Assembly: GCA_977017645.1 (NCBI GenBank)
Contig: OZ360239.1
Location: forward strand, 71,548,001-71,612,000
DNA from: Torpedo marmorata
Taxonomy: Eukaryota
DNA length: 64,000 nt
Direction: 5' to 3'
The translations under genes were made by a program, and so were the position numbers. Position 1 is the first letter of the stretch. Each line of letters opens with the position of its first letter. The notes below the pieces were generated by a model. That model was not told the origin of the DNA. It ran no database searches and saw only the letters and a program-made list of their open reading frames with translations. Below, piece after piece: positions 63,653 to 64,000 of this stretch.

Positions 63653-64000
63653 TCTTGAGCGTGAATCTTGCCTAGTGAACAGGGAAAGAGAGTACGGGGT
63701 ATTCATTTTTTGTTCCCTAATATCACAATGGTAACGGCCCGGATGCTGCATTGTAACACATTTCCCCACACCAGTCGGTGATTTGCAGCATCCCATCTTC
63801 AGGAGGCTGTGGGTGCGGGTGTCTTTGTGATTGAACGTAAGTCCTGCCCAGTGGTTTCCTTGTGCAGGGCAAGCCTCGCCTTTGGGTTCTATCTCGCAGT
63901 TTACTCATGGGGCCAGCAAGGTGAGCGCTTGATTTTCAAAGGATAAGGCCATTGAATGTGCACCAAGTGCAAAATTGGATTCGCACTACCCCCCAGAAAG

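Noticed and set aside
41239-64000. ARID5B exon 4 (VLSYPQYCRYRS motif) and ARID domain
   Set aside because: Not found by eye or in the ORF track; presumably beyond the window.

Overview
Vertebrate nuclear DNA, most likely a cartilaginous fish (shark or ray). This is inferred from the repeat repertoire: CR1, Rex1/Babar, HE1/V-SINE-like SINEs, Penelope-like elements and AT-rich L1/Tx1. The only confidently identified host gene is the 5' part of an ARID5-family (ARID5B-like) transcription factor on the + strand. It has a CpG-rich promoter at about 30.6-31.0 kb and coding exons 1-3 at 31350-31370, 31653-31907 and 41004-41238; intron 3 runs past the window end. The rest is mostly transposons: two complete-structure but inactivated Ty3/Gypsy LTR elements (6643-11027 and 55432-59750), a 5'-truncated L1 with TSD, several DNA-transposon MITEs and many LINE/SINE fragments. 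Four signals stand out. (1) The first Gypsy has no tRNA PBS; it has a 14-nt site exactly complementary to its own LTR, a candidate for self-priming in a non-chromovirus element. (2) About ten Penelope-derived repeats carry minimal hammerhead-ribozyme cores, often in palindromic or tandem arrangements. (3) A roughly 250-bp non-tRNA retroposon is present twice with the same 5' boundary. (4) An unidentified phase-consistent exon chain lies on the minus strand at about 17 kb. Repeat boundaries are approximate unless a TSD is quoted.
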